A stretch of 64,000 bases of DNA from Patescibacteria group bacterium (GTDB lineage: Bacteria; Patescibacteriota; Microgenomatia; UBA10105; UBA927): contig JBGSUE010000040.1 in assembly GCA_041753515.1 (NCBI GenBank), forward strand, positions 8,290 to 72,289. Direction: 5' to 3'. The translations under genes were made by a program, and so were the position numbers. The notes under the pieces were generated by a model. The model saw only the letters and a program-made list of their open reading frames with translations, was not told the DNA's origin and did not search any database. Positions 8,347 through 16,883 of this stretch are shown in pieces (position 1 is the first letter of the stretch; each line of letters opens with the position of its first letter).

Positions 8347-9495
8347 TTATTGAAGTTTTTTCAGTATCCGGACAGCGTGGGTATTGATATATTCCAACTG
8401 CAATTCTGTCATCCCTGCAAATATAGGCAAACGCACAATTGTGGCTGCAACATCATCTGTCATGGGCAGCTTCCTTTTAGCTCCACCCAGCTTTTTTCCC
8501 ATCGGAGACGAATGAAGAGGTACATAATGCATAGAAACCTCTATGCCTTTTTCTCTCATACCGGCAATAAAATTTTTACATCTATCCGCTGAGTCGAATT
8601 TTAAAGCATAGATATGCCAATTCGGTTCTATCATTTCAGGCGGTACACATGGAAGTTGAACGAATTCAAACTGTAAAATTTCTTGTGTATACATATCTGC
8701 TATAGACTTTCTTAACAGATTTATTTCTTTAATCTGATCAATTTGTGTGTTCACAAGGGTTGCAAGCAGATCGGTGAGCATATAGCTCGATCCTTCCCCT
8801 ACCCACCGGTATATAGACACTTTTCCGGCAAGAAATGCTGCCCTGTCTGTGCCGATTGCACGCAGTATTTCAAGCTTGTCAAAAAGATCGTCATTATTTG
8901 TCACAAGCGCACCACCCTCTCCCGCTGCTACATTTTTCGTGCCATGAAAGCTGAACGCTCCCGCATTCCCTAAAGTCCCAAGATGCCTCTTCTTACCCCG
9001 ATATCTCATATATGAACCAATGCAGTGGGCTGCATCCTCTACAAGCCACAGATTGTGCGCTTTGGCAAGCTGTATAAGGTCTAAAAATCCTTTTCCTGCC
9101 ATACCGGCGTAGTGGACCGTTATGATGCCGACGGTTTTTTTTGATATCACCCTCTCTACATCTCTCGGGTCAAGGCAATATGTCGCGGGATCAATATCCG
9201 CAAATACCGGCCTGGCGCCTTTTATCATTGCAGCAGTAGCTGTGGATGCGAGCGTAAAACTCGGTACAATCACCTCATCACCGGCTTTTGCACCCAACGC
9301 CCAGACCGCCATGTCCATCGCACTTGTTGCCGACGTTACCGGCAATGCATGTGTAGCGCCAGTGAGTAATGATAGTTTGTTGCGCAGAATTTGACTTTCT
9401 GGCCCGTCCGCCACACCACTACCTTCCCGCATTGCGCGGATTATCGCCTTCTCTTCTTTCTGTCCCCAATATGGCTTGTGCAAAGGAATATGCAT
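8347..9495 (-). CDS. DegT/DnrJ/EryC1/StrS-family PLP-dependent sugar aminotransferase (ArnB/WecE-like)
   Basis: 382 aa. DAAHCIGS...FSFHGTKNVAAGEGG is the PLP-Lys region. Abuts the GT2 stop. Confidence 0.85.
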   Translation of the reverse strand: MHIPLHKPYWGQKEEKAIIRAMREGSGVADGPESQILRNKLSLLTGATHALPVTSATSAMDMAVWALGAKAGDEVIVPSFTLASTATAAMIKGARPVFADIDPATYCLDPRDVERVISKKTVGIITVHYAGMAGKGFLDLIQLAKAHNLWLVEDAAHCIGSYMRYRGKKRHLGTLGNAGAFSFHGTKNVAAGEGGALVTNNDDLFDKLEILRAIGTDRAAFLAGKVSIYRWVGEGSSYMLTDLLATLVNTQIDQIKEINLLRKSIADMYTQEILQFEFVQLPCVPPEMIEPNWHIYALKFDSADRCKNFIAGMREKGIEVSMHYVPLHSSPMGKKLGGAKRKLPMTDDVAATIVRLPIFAGMTELQLEYINTHAVRILKKLQ

Positions 9496-9498
9496 ATC

Positions 9499-9590
9499 AA
9501 TTATGAATTAATAATTACGAATGACGAATTTAATAAGGTAAATATTGCACATATCAATTCATAATTCATAATTCGTAATTCATAATTTCT
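9499..9590. repeat. inverted pair of (AATTCRT)n heptamer arrays flanking a 22-bp spacer, between the acetyltransferase stop and the aminotransferase start
   Basis: Left arm 9499-9533 is in reverse orientation. Right arm 9556-9590 reads aattcat aattcat aattcgt aattcat aatttct and overlaps the last codons (KKL) and the stop of the upstream gene. Confidence 0.7.
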
Positions 9591-10116
9591 TAATCGTTCT
9601 AGCCGGAACTCCTGCAACAACTGTTTTATCAGGAACATTTTTCGTAACAACCGCTCCTGCTCCAACCACCGCGTTTTCACCCACTTTGACTCCGGGCAAG
9701 ATGATTGCACCTGTTCCGGTATACGACCCTTTTTTAAATACAACTCCATCTTCTTTTGTGGGATATGAATCCTGAAGCGGATGGTCCGCATACCCGACGT
9801 TGATATGCGATACGACGCTCGTCCGGTTTGAAAGTGTCACATCGTCCCCAATCTCTATACCGCCCCGCACATCCAGCATAACCTCATCACCTACAAAACA
9901 CCTGTCGCCTATCGTTAAACGCGAAAAACCGTAATGATAAAGATTGGCAAGCGTAATATTGCCGATAATGGTATCGCGTCCGATCCGTGCGCCAAAAAGG
10001 CTCATAAGCAATACCCTGCTTTGGGGCAAAATACATAAATGGAGAATTTTGACTATTACACCATAAAAAACAAACTTAATAGCCTTCGCAAAACCAATGC
10101 TTTGAAGAGCCTTCAT
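9580..10116 (-). CDS. hexapeptide-repeat (LbH) sugar N/O-acetyltransferase (PglD/WbbJ-like)
   Basis: IGDRCFVGDEVMLDV...IGDDVTLSNRTSV...VGENAVVGAGAVV are left-handed beta-helix repeats. Confidence 0.75.
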   Translation of the reverse strand: MKALQSIGFAKAIKFVFYGVIVKILHLCILPQSRVLLMSLFGARIGRDTIIGNITLANLYHYGFSRLTIGDRCFVGDEVMLDVRGGIEIGDDVTLSNRTSVVSHINVGYADHPLQDSYPTKEDGVVFKKGSYTGTGAIILPGVKVGENAVVGAGAVVTKNVPDKTVVAGVPARTIKKL

Positions 10117-10124
10117 ACATACGT

Positions 10125-10250
10125 ATTATATACCCATCTTACTCAGGTTTGCAGCTCCGATGGAGCAAAAAGCTGATTACCTGCCTGCCGGCAGGCAGGG
10201 ATGGGTGGATACTAAAAAACTGCATACATACCTGAGTTTTTTTAGTATAC
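10125..10250. repeat. palindromic intergenic element (termini ACTCAGGT...ACCTGAGT) containing the perfect 20-bp palindrome CCTGCCTGCCGGCAGGCAGG at about 10180-10199
   Basis: Direct reading. The same 20-mer recurs at about 53502-53521. Confidence 0.65.
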
Positions 10251-10257
10251 ATGTTTT

Positions 10258-10289
10258 CAATTCGTAATTCGTAATTCATAATTGTTAAT
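10258..10289. repeat. (AATTCRT)n heptamer array: aattcgt aattcgt aattcat aattgtt
   Basis: Direct reading. Overlaps the stop of the GT2 at 10285. Confidence 0.7.
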
Positions 10290-11037
10290 TTTCTCTTACT
10301 TCACCCTGTTTTGTAATCAACCGGCGCCACAGACCAAAAAGACTTTGCATATAATCAATCGTATCAGGTATCAGATTCACGGTCGAGCGTTTATCGATCC
10401 TGCGCAGGAATAAAACCGGCACTTCCCTGATGCGAAGATTCGCAGCTCTGGCAAACACCATAATCTCCGTATCCCAAAACCAGTGTGCATGCCGGGTTTT
10501 CGTCAGAACCGGCAAGATTTTTTTCCTGTTGAAGAATTTATAACCGCTTTCCGTATCCATTTTATTGGTTCCCACCATCTTGTCTGAAAGATACCGGTAT
10601 CCGACGCTCGCAATTTCGCGGATGATCGAATGGATATTCGTACGGTATACCCGTGTTCCGATCACTACATCTGCGTCATCATTCATGATGATACGGACAA
10701 TCTGTGGGATATAAACAGGCGATACTTCAAGATCGATATCGATATATCCTGCAACTGTTGCGCGCGAAGCCCTGATACCATCCATGACTGTTCTTCCCCG
10801 CCCCATGTTTTTTTTGTGGAAAAGTGCTTTCCAGTTTTTATGGATTTTGAGCTCATGCCTGATAAGTTCAGGAGTGGAATCAGTTGAGGCATCGTCCACA
10901 AATATGATCTGCCACCTGAATCCTACATCGGATAAAACGCTTTCGATCGTCCGGACACTCTGGACAAAATGTCCTTCCTCGTGATATGTGGGAAGAATGA
11001 GGGAAAAATCGAACCGCGTGGACCGTTTTTTCTTCAT
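10285..11037 (-). CDS. GT2 polyprenyl-phosphate sugar synthase (DPM1/ArnC/GtrB-like)
   Basis: FSLILPTYHEE...FVDDASTDST...IDIDLEV...TRVYR. Sits between a GT-C gene and the aminotransferase/acetyltransferase pair, an Arn-like arrangement. Confidence 0.8.
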   Translation of the reverse strand: MKKKRSTRFDFSLILPTYHEEGHFVQSVRTIESVLSDVGFRWQIIFVDDASTDSTPELIRHELKIHKNWKALFHKKNMGRGRTVMDGIRASRATVAGYIDIDLEVSPVYIPQIVRIIMNDDADVVIGTRVYRTNIHSIIREIASVGYRYLSDKMVGTNKMDTESGYKFFNRKKILPVLTKTRHAHWFWDTEIMVFARAANLRIREVPVLFLRRIDKRSTVNLIPDTIDYMQSLFGLWRRLITKQGEVREN

Positions 11038-11096
11038 ATAATAGCTTTCTATGGTACTCTAAAAACCTATAATATGCAATTTCTTTATCATTGCCT

Positions 11097-11178
11097 GTCA
11101 TTCTGAGCCCCCGAGCACTAGAGGCGAAGAATCTCATCATGTCCAATAAATAGATTCTTCACTTCGTTCAGAATGACT
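11097..11178. repeat. inverted-repeat element E1 (type A: TGTCATTCTGAGC...GAAGAATCT / AGATTCTTCACTTCGTTCAGAATGAC)
   Basis: Near-perfect palindrome about 60 bp upstream of the GT2 start at 11037. Confidence 0.7.
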
Positions 11179-12592
11179 ATAATCGTTTCAACAATGTCTC
11201 ATCACCATCGACGGGTTCATAGCGTGCGTAAATATACTGCTGCCATGCCCATGGAAGCGTACTCACCCTTTTCAAACCACTCTGATAAATATACGGGACA
11301 CGATTTTCCTCAAGAATACGGGGCAAATCCGGCAAAGGACGGGAGAGATATCCGGCAAACTGCCCGAACGGGATACAGCAGGCATAATACGCGTCCGGGT
11401 TGTACAGAAATACACCTGTTAGATCCAAAATCTGCTCGTCTTTTGGTACGTCTCTGTAATATTCTTCCACCTGTTTGATAAAATCAGCATTGGTCCAGGC
11501 TTGTTTCGGAATTGTTACCTCATTAAAAACTGATACCAAAAACAACGCGAGAACGGCAAAAAGTGGTAAAAATATTATTTTTGGTATACGGATACTCAGA
11601 TACAAAACAAAATCGGCAGCATACCACGCGATAAACACACCTATCGGGATTAAATACTGGGCATGTTTGAGAGGTGCAAACTGGACAAAAAAGATGATTT
11701 GTGCCCACATCTGAAGGCTGATAAGTACTTCCGATTTCGATTTTGCCGATATCAGGCGATAGACGGAAAAGAGAAGGGCAAGTACCCATATGCTGTGATT
11801 GACAAGTAGCCCCCTGTTCCACCCGTCCACGCCATAATAGATACTGTTGGGATAAAAAAACAGGTCCTGCATCATGATAAACGTCTGACTTATTTTGTTG
11901 GCTTCAACCGGTAACTTGAACAGTGAATAAAATACCAATGGAAAATTTCCAAGCGTTAAAACCCAAATCCCAAATACTGCCATCGGAATCGTCATGCCCA
12001 TTATGAAAGGTTTCAGTTTCCTGCTCAATACTGCCATACCAAATCCTATGGCAATATTAGGCACCATTTTGGGCAAAACCAGATACGACAGAGCATACAA
12101 CGCCCCCGACACCATATGTTTCTTTTTTATCTGAAAATAGATAGCAGCCAATAAAAGAAGTGTTGCCAGGTTATCCGGCCGGATTTCCAGATACTTGTCA
12201 AACGGAAGAGGCAGAAATGCCAGAAGTGCGGCGGCAAGAACAGCTCCCCAGACACTTTTTCTCACCTCCCAAAAAATCATACCGGACATGACACACATCA
12301 TGGCAAATATCCAGAACGTCATGATCCGTGCCGTGATGAAAGGCTGGACTGTTCCCCATCCGGGCACGAGAGCAGAAATCAGGCTTACGGCATATCCGGG
12401 TGGAAAAAACGTGAGGAATTCGATATACGGTTTTTTTCCCTCCATCATTTTTGCAGCCCAGTGGAGGTGCGCAAACTCATCGGCATCAAAATAACGTGTC
12501 AAACCCAAACGGTAATGATACGAGAGAAAGTACAGAAAAAGAAATCCAGTAGCGACGAATAGTATTATCCGGTATATCTGTGTGGATTTCAT
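11177..12592 (-). CDS. GT-C-fold membrane glycosyltransferase, ArnT/PMT-like (start trimmed to MKSTQIYRIILFV)
   Basis: Polytopic protein. First-loop motif RYFDADEFAHLHWAAKM is the DxD/DE motif of GT-C. Paralog of 57056-58714 (RFFDSDEMSHMHWAW). Confidence 0.65.
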   Translation of the reverse strand: MKSTQIYRIILFVATGFLFLYFLSYHYRLGLTRYFDADEFAHLHWAAKMMEGKKPYIEFLTFFPPGYAVSLISALVPGWGTVQPFITARIMTFWIFAMMCVMSGMIFWEVRKSVWGAVLAAALLAFLPLPFDKYLEIRPDNLATLLLLAAIYFQIKKKHMVSGALYALSYLVLPKMVPNIAIGFGMAVLSRKLKPFIMGMTIPMAVFGIWVLTLGNFPLVFYSLFKLPVEANKISQTFIMMQDLFFYPNSIYYGVDGWNRGLLVNHSIWVLALLFSVYRLISAKSKSEVLISLQMWAQIIFFVQFAPLKHAQYLIPIGVFIAWYAADFVLYLSIRIPKIIFLPLFAVLALFLVSVFNEVTIPKQAWTNADFIKQVEEYYRDVPKDEQILDLTGVFLYNPDAYYACCIPFGQFAGYLSRPLPDLPRILEENRVPYIYQSGLKRVSTLPWAWQQYIYARYEPVDGDETLLKRL

Positions 12593-12611
12593 AGATAGAT
12601 GATACCGGAGT

Positions 12612-13064
12612 GTGCTATACTTTTCCAGCTTGTCCAAAGGTCGAACCGTCGACGCCCTTTTACATCCCCCAGAATGGAGAAAAAATGAAAACATCGAGTT
12701 GTTCGTACTGAGAATTGCAGAATGGGCACTCATCGCCCTGTCCGTAACCGGCACACTGCTGGGCGCAGCAACACTGTTCTCGCCCCAATCGGCGCCATGG
12801 GGTCCGATCACTGTCATCACCGGACTCATTCTGAATACGGTATTGGTGATTCATGCATGGCGCGCAAAGAGAGAACCTGTCCGGCAGTTTCATCCGTACC
12901 TATATCTGGTAGCCGTGATCCTCTTTTGCGTATTCGTCGGCTATTGGATTCTCACAGGGCTGATGGGTGAAGCGCTCTTCTCATACATGACGTTAGTATT
13001 GGCGATGGCGCTTCATGTCATCCGGCTGTCCACACCCCGGCTCAGAGCCCACTGGGCAAATTGA
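12612..13064 (+). CDS. small hydrophobic membrane protein, hypothetical
   Basis: 150 aa with 3-4 TM segments and coding-like composition. Overlaps only the doubtful N-extension of the GT-C ORF. Confidence 0.4.
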   Translation: MLYFSSLSKGRTVDALLHPPEWRKNENIELFVLRIAEWALIALSVTGTLLGAATLFSPQSAPWGPITVITGLILNTVLVIHAWRAKREPVRQFHPYLYLVAVILFCVFVGYWILTGLMGEALFSYMTLVLAMALHVIRLSTPRLRAHWAN

Positions 13065-13254
13065 TTAGAAATTGGTGTGATCTGCCCATGCGATGGTTTT
13101 TTCAACAGAAAAAATTGGGGAATAAAATCGTGTGGGTATTTTTCAGGTTTTTTAATAAATGCCTGAAATATTCCCACACGGATTCATCAAAATAAAATCC
13201 CTTCCGTTCAGGCAATAAGCTTGAGAAGAAGGGGTTTTATTTTTATTTCTCTCC

Positions 13255-13279
13255 TCCTCATACATCGATGTATTGGGAG
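13255..13279. promoter_or_regulatory. imperfect copy of the 24-bp palindrome TCCCAATACATCGATGTATTGGGA, upstream of the kinase-like gene pair
   Basis: tcctcatacatcgatgtattgggag. The partner copy lies at about 14941-14965. Confidence 0.5.
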
Positions 13280-13348
13280 TAAATTCAACTGAATGAAGAT
13301 TTAAAGTTTGTCTCCATACTCACAATTACATATAATAGTTTTCAACAT

Positions 13349-14242
13349 ATGCCTGAAATATCACCGCAAACACAACAACTTCTGAAGGAATACACCGGCG
13401 GCATACCCAGGGATTCAAAAATTATCTCCGATAACAGCGCCACAGGTATCATCTCGGTATTGGAATACACATCCGGTAAACTTGCCGTAAAAAAAGCAAA
13501 AGAGCCTGATTTGCCAACCCGGGATGAAAATAGAATACTTGTAAGACGGGAAGCAAAAAATCTCGACGCAATATCCACAACCAAATATGCAAAAAATGTT
13601 CCATACGTTGCCGATGTGAAAGACGATGAAAAAGGCGTGAGTATTGTTATGGAGTATCTGGATGGTTATAAGAATCTGGATGAACAGATCAACTCCTATC
13701 CCCCCCTTGAACAACTGCAGATACTTTCACAAGCCAAACAGATCCTGGATGGTATTCAGGCTGATGCCCACATCACTCACCTTGATTTTAGCTTCGGCAA
13801 TATTATGGTGAAGGGCCTCGGAAAAAACCTGAAATTAAAGATAATTGATTGGGCCCAGGCAGTACCCAATGGTAATAATAAGCAACTCATTCAATCAGAA
13901 CAGTATTTCCTGTCATCAATGAACAAAATTATTCGAGGTGAACCCATACTCAGCGAAAAAATCCGCACCCTCACCACAGACCTGGAGACTATGACCCCTG
14001 AATCAGCAAAAAAGGCTGTCAACAGCTTCCTTGATCAAGCCAGACAACGGTACGCAACATATGCAACTCATGAACAATCCCGAAAGTTCAATCTGGACGT
14101 GATTGACAGCATCAGTATTTACAACAAATTGACACCAAAAGACACAGTGCAGAAGATTCTGGAATCCATTGAGCAAAAAACTGGAGAATATACAACAATT
14201 CCTGTATTTTACGAAAAAGAGCCTATTCCTGGCTGGACATGA
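13349..14242 (+). CDS. atypical protein-kinase-fold protein, Kdo/WaaP (lipopolysaccharide kinase)-like
   Basis: LAVKKAK (beta3 Lys), RREAKNL (alphaC Glu), catalytic ITHLDFSFGNIMV, and IIDWAQA in place of DFG. Confidence 0.5.
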   Translation: MPEISPQTQQLLKEYTGGIPRDSKIISDNSATGIISVLEYTSGKLAVKKAKEPDLPTRDENRILVRREAKNLDAISTTKYAKNVPYVADVKDDEKGVSIVMEYLDGYKNLDEQINSYPPLEQLQILSQAKQILDGIQADAHITHLDFSFGNIMVKGLGKNLKLKIIDWAQAVPNGNNKQLIQSEQYFLSSMNKIIRGEPILSEKIRTLTTDLETMTPESAKKAVNSFLDQARQRYATYATHEQSRKFNLDVIDSISIYNKLTPKDTVQKILESIEQKTGEYTTIPVFYEKEPIPGWT

Positions 14243-14925
14243 TGAGTGCTTCTGATCGTTTAAAACTGCTGGACGATATGGCCGGTGCTATGCAGGATAT
14301 TCACGATAACGGATTCGGATTTGAAGATTTCGGCATGCACCGTTTTGTCATTGAAATACCAAAAAAAGAGCAGGGAACGGTACAGACACATCTTATCGAT
14401 TATTCCGGCGCTATCCATCATCCATCCGAAGAAATCCTTGCAGATTCCCAATCATACCTCCGCCACACAGCATTCCATATCCTGACTCGTTCGGCAAACC
14501 ACATTCCTCCGGAAACATTTCGGGAAGTGGCTTTGATATTCGATGAACAGATTCCGTACAGGGATGCACTGGCACGCATACGCAAAGCAATCCAAACTGA
14601 CCGTACTCATACATACTGGGAAAAAGACGATCCCGATCCCATACCGATATCCTTTCTAGACAAGGCATATAATCTGCAGGATTTACACAGAAATGGATTT
14701 ATCTATCCACACTACCTTCGCAAAGAGACTTTTGCAGGAGGTCCATACGCATATGACGATACACTCCCGTCGCCCAGCTTGGAATCAATTAAAGAAACGA
14801 ATCTTGAGGATTTAGGATATTTTACGATATCAGAAATCAAAAACAGCCCTGTTATTAACCCTAAACTCGCAGACTGGGCAGTACAGCACGTCTACGGTGA
14901 ATCACACACCTACTGGCCTGTTTAA
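14239..14925 (+). CDS. kinase-like protein, C-lobe only (Kdo/WaaP-like catalytic segment MHDNGFGFEDFGMHRFVI...LIDYSGA); possibly a degenerate paralog
   Basis: ATGA start/stop overlap with the upstream gene. Lacks the N-lobe. Confidence 0.4.
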   Translation: MMSASDRLKLLDDMAGAMQDIHDNGFGFEDFGMHRFVIEIPKKEQGTVQTHLIDYSGAIHHPSEEILADSQSYLRHTAFHILTRSANHIPPETFREVALIFDEQIPYRDALARIRKAIQTDRTHTYWEKDDPDPIPISFLDKAYNLQDLHRNGFIYPHYLRKETFAGGPYAYDDTLPSPSLESIKETNLEDLGYFTISEIKNSPVINPKLADWAVQHVYGESHTYWPV

Positions 14926-14940
14926 CACTCTTTCATCTAC

Positions 14941-14965
14941 TCCCAATACATCGATGTATAGGGAG
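14941..14965. promoter_or_regulatory. second copy of the 24-bp palindrome (tcccaatacatcgatgtataggga), downstream of the kinase-like pair
   Basis: Direct reading. With 13255-13279 it brackets the two-gene unit. Confidence 0.5.
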
Positions 14966-15001
14966 TTAATTATCCACTAATCTATAATCTGTACAGAATA
15001 C

Positions 15002-15030
15002 TTGACAAAATAATGTACGTTTTGTATACT
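15002..15030 (+). promoter_or_regulatory. sigma70-type promoter TTGACA-N17-TATACT, 8 nt upstream of the phd start (leaderless-type)
   Basis: TTGACA 15002-15007, spacer 17 nt, TATACT 15025-15030, ATG at 15039. The spacer holds gtacgttttgtatac, a possible operator. Confidence 0.6.
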
Positions 15031-15038
15031 CTATTCAT

Positions 15039-15311
15039 ATGCAGCTCCAACCATCCCAATTCATTCCGATAACCGAAGCAAGAACGAGAATTTCTGAACT
15101 TACAAAATCCGTTGAAGGAGACACGTATGTTGTACTGACAAAAGGTGGGAAACCCAAAGCTGCACTGGTTGATATTGCCTATTTACAACGTTTGCAGAAT
15201 GATCTCTCCAAACTCTATAAAAAAACTTATATCGACCCAGTACTTCTTCCGATTACCCGTCAATTTTCCGATAGTGAAATACAAGAGTGGGAAAAAGAGG
15301 ATCAGCTATAA
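15039..15311 (+). CDS. type II antitoxin, Phd/YefM family
   Basis: MQLQPSQFIPITEARTRISELTKSVEGDTYVVLTKGGKPKAALVDIAYLQRL is the Phd_YefM fold signature. Confidence 0.8.
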   Translation: MQLQPSQFIPITEARTRISELTKSVEGDTYVVLTKGGKPKAALVDIAYLQRLQNDLSKLYKKTYIDPVLLPITRQFSDSEIQEWEKEDQL

Positions 15312-15317
15312 AAATGT

Positions 15318-15785
15318 ATGAAACAGGCGTTTCTCGATTCAAGCGTCCTGTTTACAGCCGTCAACTCCCCAACCGGCGGATCAGCCAAACTGTTTACTCT
15401 CCCAATTCAGCTTGTCACATCAACGTTTGTGTTGACAGAAGTCGAACGAAATGTCCGGGAAAAACTGCTCTCTCATCATCTGGACCGGTATTTCATACTT
15501 GTTAAACAAATGAAGATCGTGGAGGGTAAATCGGATACTAAACTGATTGAAAAAGCCAAAAAAGTCATTGTCGAAAAAGACTCACTTGTTCTTGCAGATG
15601 CCAAACTGTCACATGCTGAGTATCTGATCACTCTGGATCTCAAGTACTTCTTCACTCCACAAGCCCAAAAATTTCTCAAACCCACCCTCATCCTCACCCC
15701 AAAATGCTCATTGAAAAAATTTCCTGACTGTTTTAACGACCGTTTCGGTTTCGGAGTCAGTCAGTTCAGGAAACAGCGGCAGTGA
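15318..15785 (+). CDS. vapC: PIN-domain toxin (VapC-like)
   Basis: Acidic residues at FLDSSVL, TEVE, ADAK and ITLD. Follows the antitoxin by 6 bp. Confidence 0.7.
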   Translation: MKQAFLDSSVLFTAVNSPTGGSAKLFTLPIQLVTSTFVLTEVERNVREKLLSHHLDRYFILVKQMKIVEGKSDTKLIEKAKKVIVEKDSLVLADAKLSHAEYLITLDLKYFFTPQAQKFLKPTLILTPKCSLKKFPDCFNDRFGFGVSQFRKQRQ

Positions 15786-16814
15786 TAAAACTTCCCTGCT
15801 CTGTGCTTCAGACTCGGGGAAGTCGCCTTTTTTGTAGCCTAAATATGCAAATGCTTTCGTCAGGTGGACCGGGACGGGATAATGGACGGCACAGCCAACA
15901 CCATGATCCAAAAGATGTTTCATGAGCTTATCTCGTTTCTTTGTGCGTACAACATAAAGATGATGACTGGATTTGGAGGAAGGTGAAAGGTGAAAGGTAA
16001 AAGGTGAAAGGTCTCCGATATTTGATAATTCCCGGTCATAAAACGAAGCAATTTCCTTCCGTCGTCTATTCCATGCATCCAGATGCCGGAGCTTGATGGA
16101 AAGAATTGCCGCCTGCAGTTCATCCAACCGTGAGACGCCTGATACAACTTCACTTTGGTATCGTGCTTTCTCCCCGTACTGCCGCAGCATTTTTACGCGG
16201 CCGGCTAATGAGGATGAATCCGTCACGATCATTCCCCCGTCCCCCATGGCTCCCAGATTTTTTGACGGATAAAAACTGAAAATTGCCGCGTCTCCCAGTG
16301 TCCCAACTTTTTTCCCCTCAATCACTGCTCCATGCGCCTGTGCGGCATCCTCTAGTAGATATATCTTTCTTTTCGCATTATTGAGTATATTTTGTAGACC
16401 GATAATATCTGCCGGATTGCCATACAGGTGTACCGGAATCACGGCTTTTGTCTTTTCCGTCACACGCTTCGCCAGATCATCGGCAGACATGTTTCCGTCC
16501 GGTCCGCAATCTGCCAACCGTATTGCAGCACCGGAAAGAGCTACCCCAAACGCATTGGGGTATGCATTGGCAGGGATGACAACCTCATCACCAGGCATAA
16601 GTCCGAACGCTTTCAGTACCAACGTGAGGGCATCCGTCCCGCTGGCCACCCCTATTGCATGATAGCTGCCCAGATAATCGGCAAACTCATCTTCAAACAT
16701 TTTCACTCGTGGCCCCAATGTAAAGTACCCATTCTCCATGACCGTATGGACTGCGGATTTCAACTCTGTTTCGATACTTTTATACTGTCTGGTTAATTCA
16801 AATATTGGAATCAT
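15708..16814 (-). CDS. DegT/DnrJ/EryC1/StrS-family sugar aminotransferase (second copy)
   Basis: 368 aa. LLEDAAQAHG...FSFYPSKNLGAMGDGG. Contains a repeat-encoded insert SPFTFHLSPSS. Confidence 0.85.
   Translation of the reverse strand: MIPIFELTRQYKSIETELKSAVHTVMENGYFTLGPRVKMFEDEFADYLGSYHAIGVASGTDALTLVLKAFGLMPGDEVVIPANAYPNAFGVALSGAAIRLADCGPDGNMSADDLAKRVTEKTKAVIPVHLYGNPADIIGLQNILNNAKRKIYLLEDAAQAHGAVIEGKKVGTLGDAAIFSFYPSKNLGAMGDGGMIVTDSSSLAGRVKMLRQYGEKARYQSEVVSGVSRLDELQAAILSIKLRHLDAWNRRRKEIASFYDRELSNIGDLSPFTFHLSPSSKSSHHLYVVRTKKRDKLMKHLLDHGVGCAVHYPVPVHLTKAFAYLGYKKGDFPESEAQSREVLSLPLFPELTDSETETVVKTVRKFFQ
15974..16008. repeat. heptanucleotide tandem array (GGTGAAA)n: ggaggaa ggtgaaa ggtgaaa ggtaaaa ggtgaaa, inside the aminotransferase CDS
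   Basis: Direct reading. Minus strand reads TTTCACC units, the same unit that ends the leuS array. Confidence 0.7.
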
Positions 16815-16821
16815 AATGGTC

Positions 16822-16883
16822 TGTCATTCTGAACAAAGTGAAGAATCTATTCACTAGATCCTTCGCTCACGCTCAGGATGACA
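16822..16883. repeat. inverted-repeat element E2 (TGTCATTCTGAACAAAGTGAAGAATCT ... AGATCCTTCGCTCACGCTCAGGATGACA)
   Basis: 8 bp upstream of the aminotransferase start at 16814. Overlaps the 3' end of the GT2 pseudogene. Confidence 0.7.

Noticed and set aside
9499-9590. Short repeat arrays considered as CRISPR
   Set aside because: The repeat unit is only 7 bp and has no unique spacers. No cas genes are present in the window.
9501-9791. Track ORF 9501-9791 (…NYELRIMNYEL…)
   Set aside because: It is a translation of the heptamer array and runs antisense over the acetyltransferase 3' end.
11177-12829. N-terminal extensions of several GT-C and other ORFs (12593-12829, 53423-53560, 57026-57241, 53325-53600, 48606-48776)
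   Set aside because: The extensions lack TM or domain content, overlap neighbouring genes or repeat elements, and internal Met starts fit the paralog alignments better. Some track starts are TTG or GTG.
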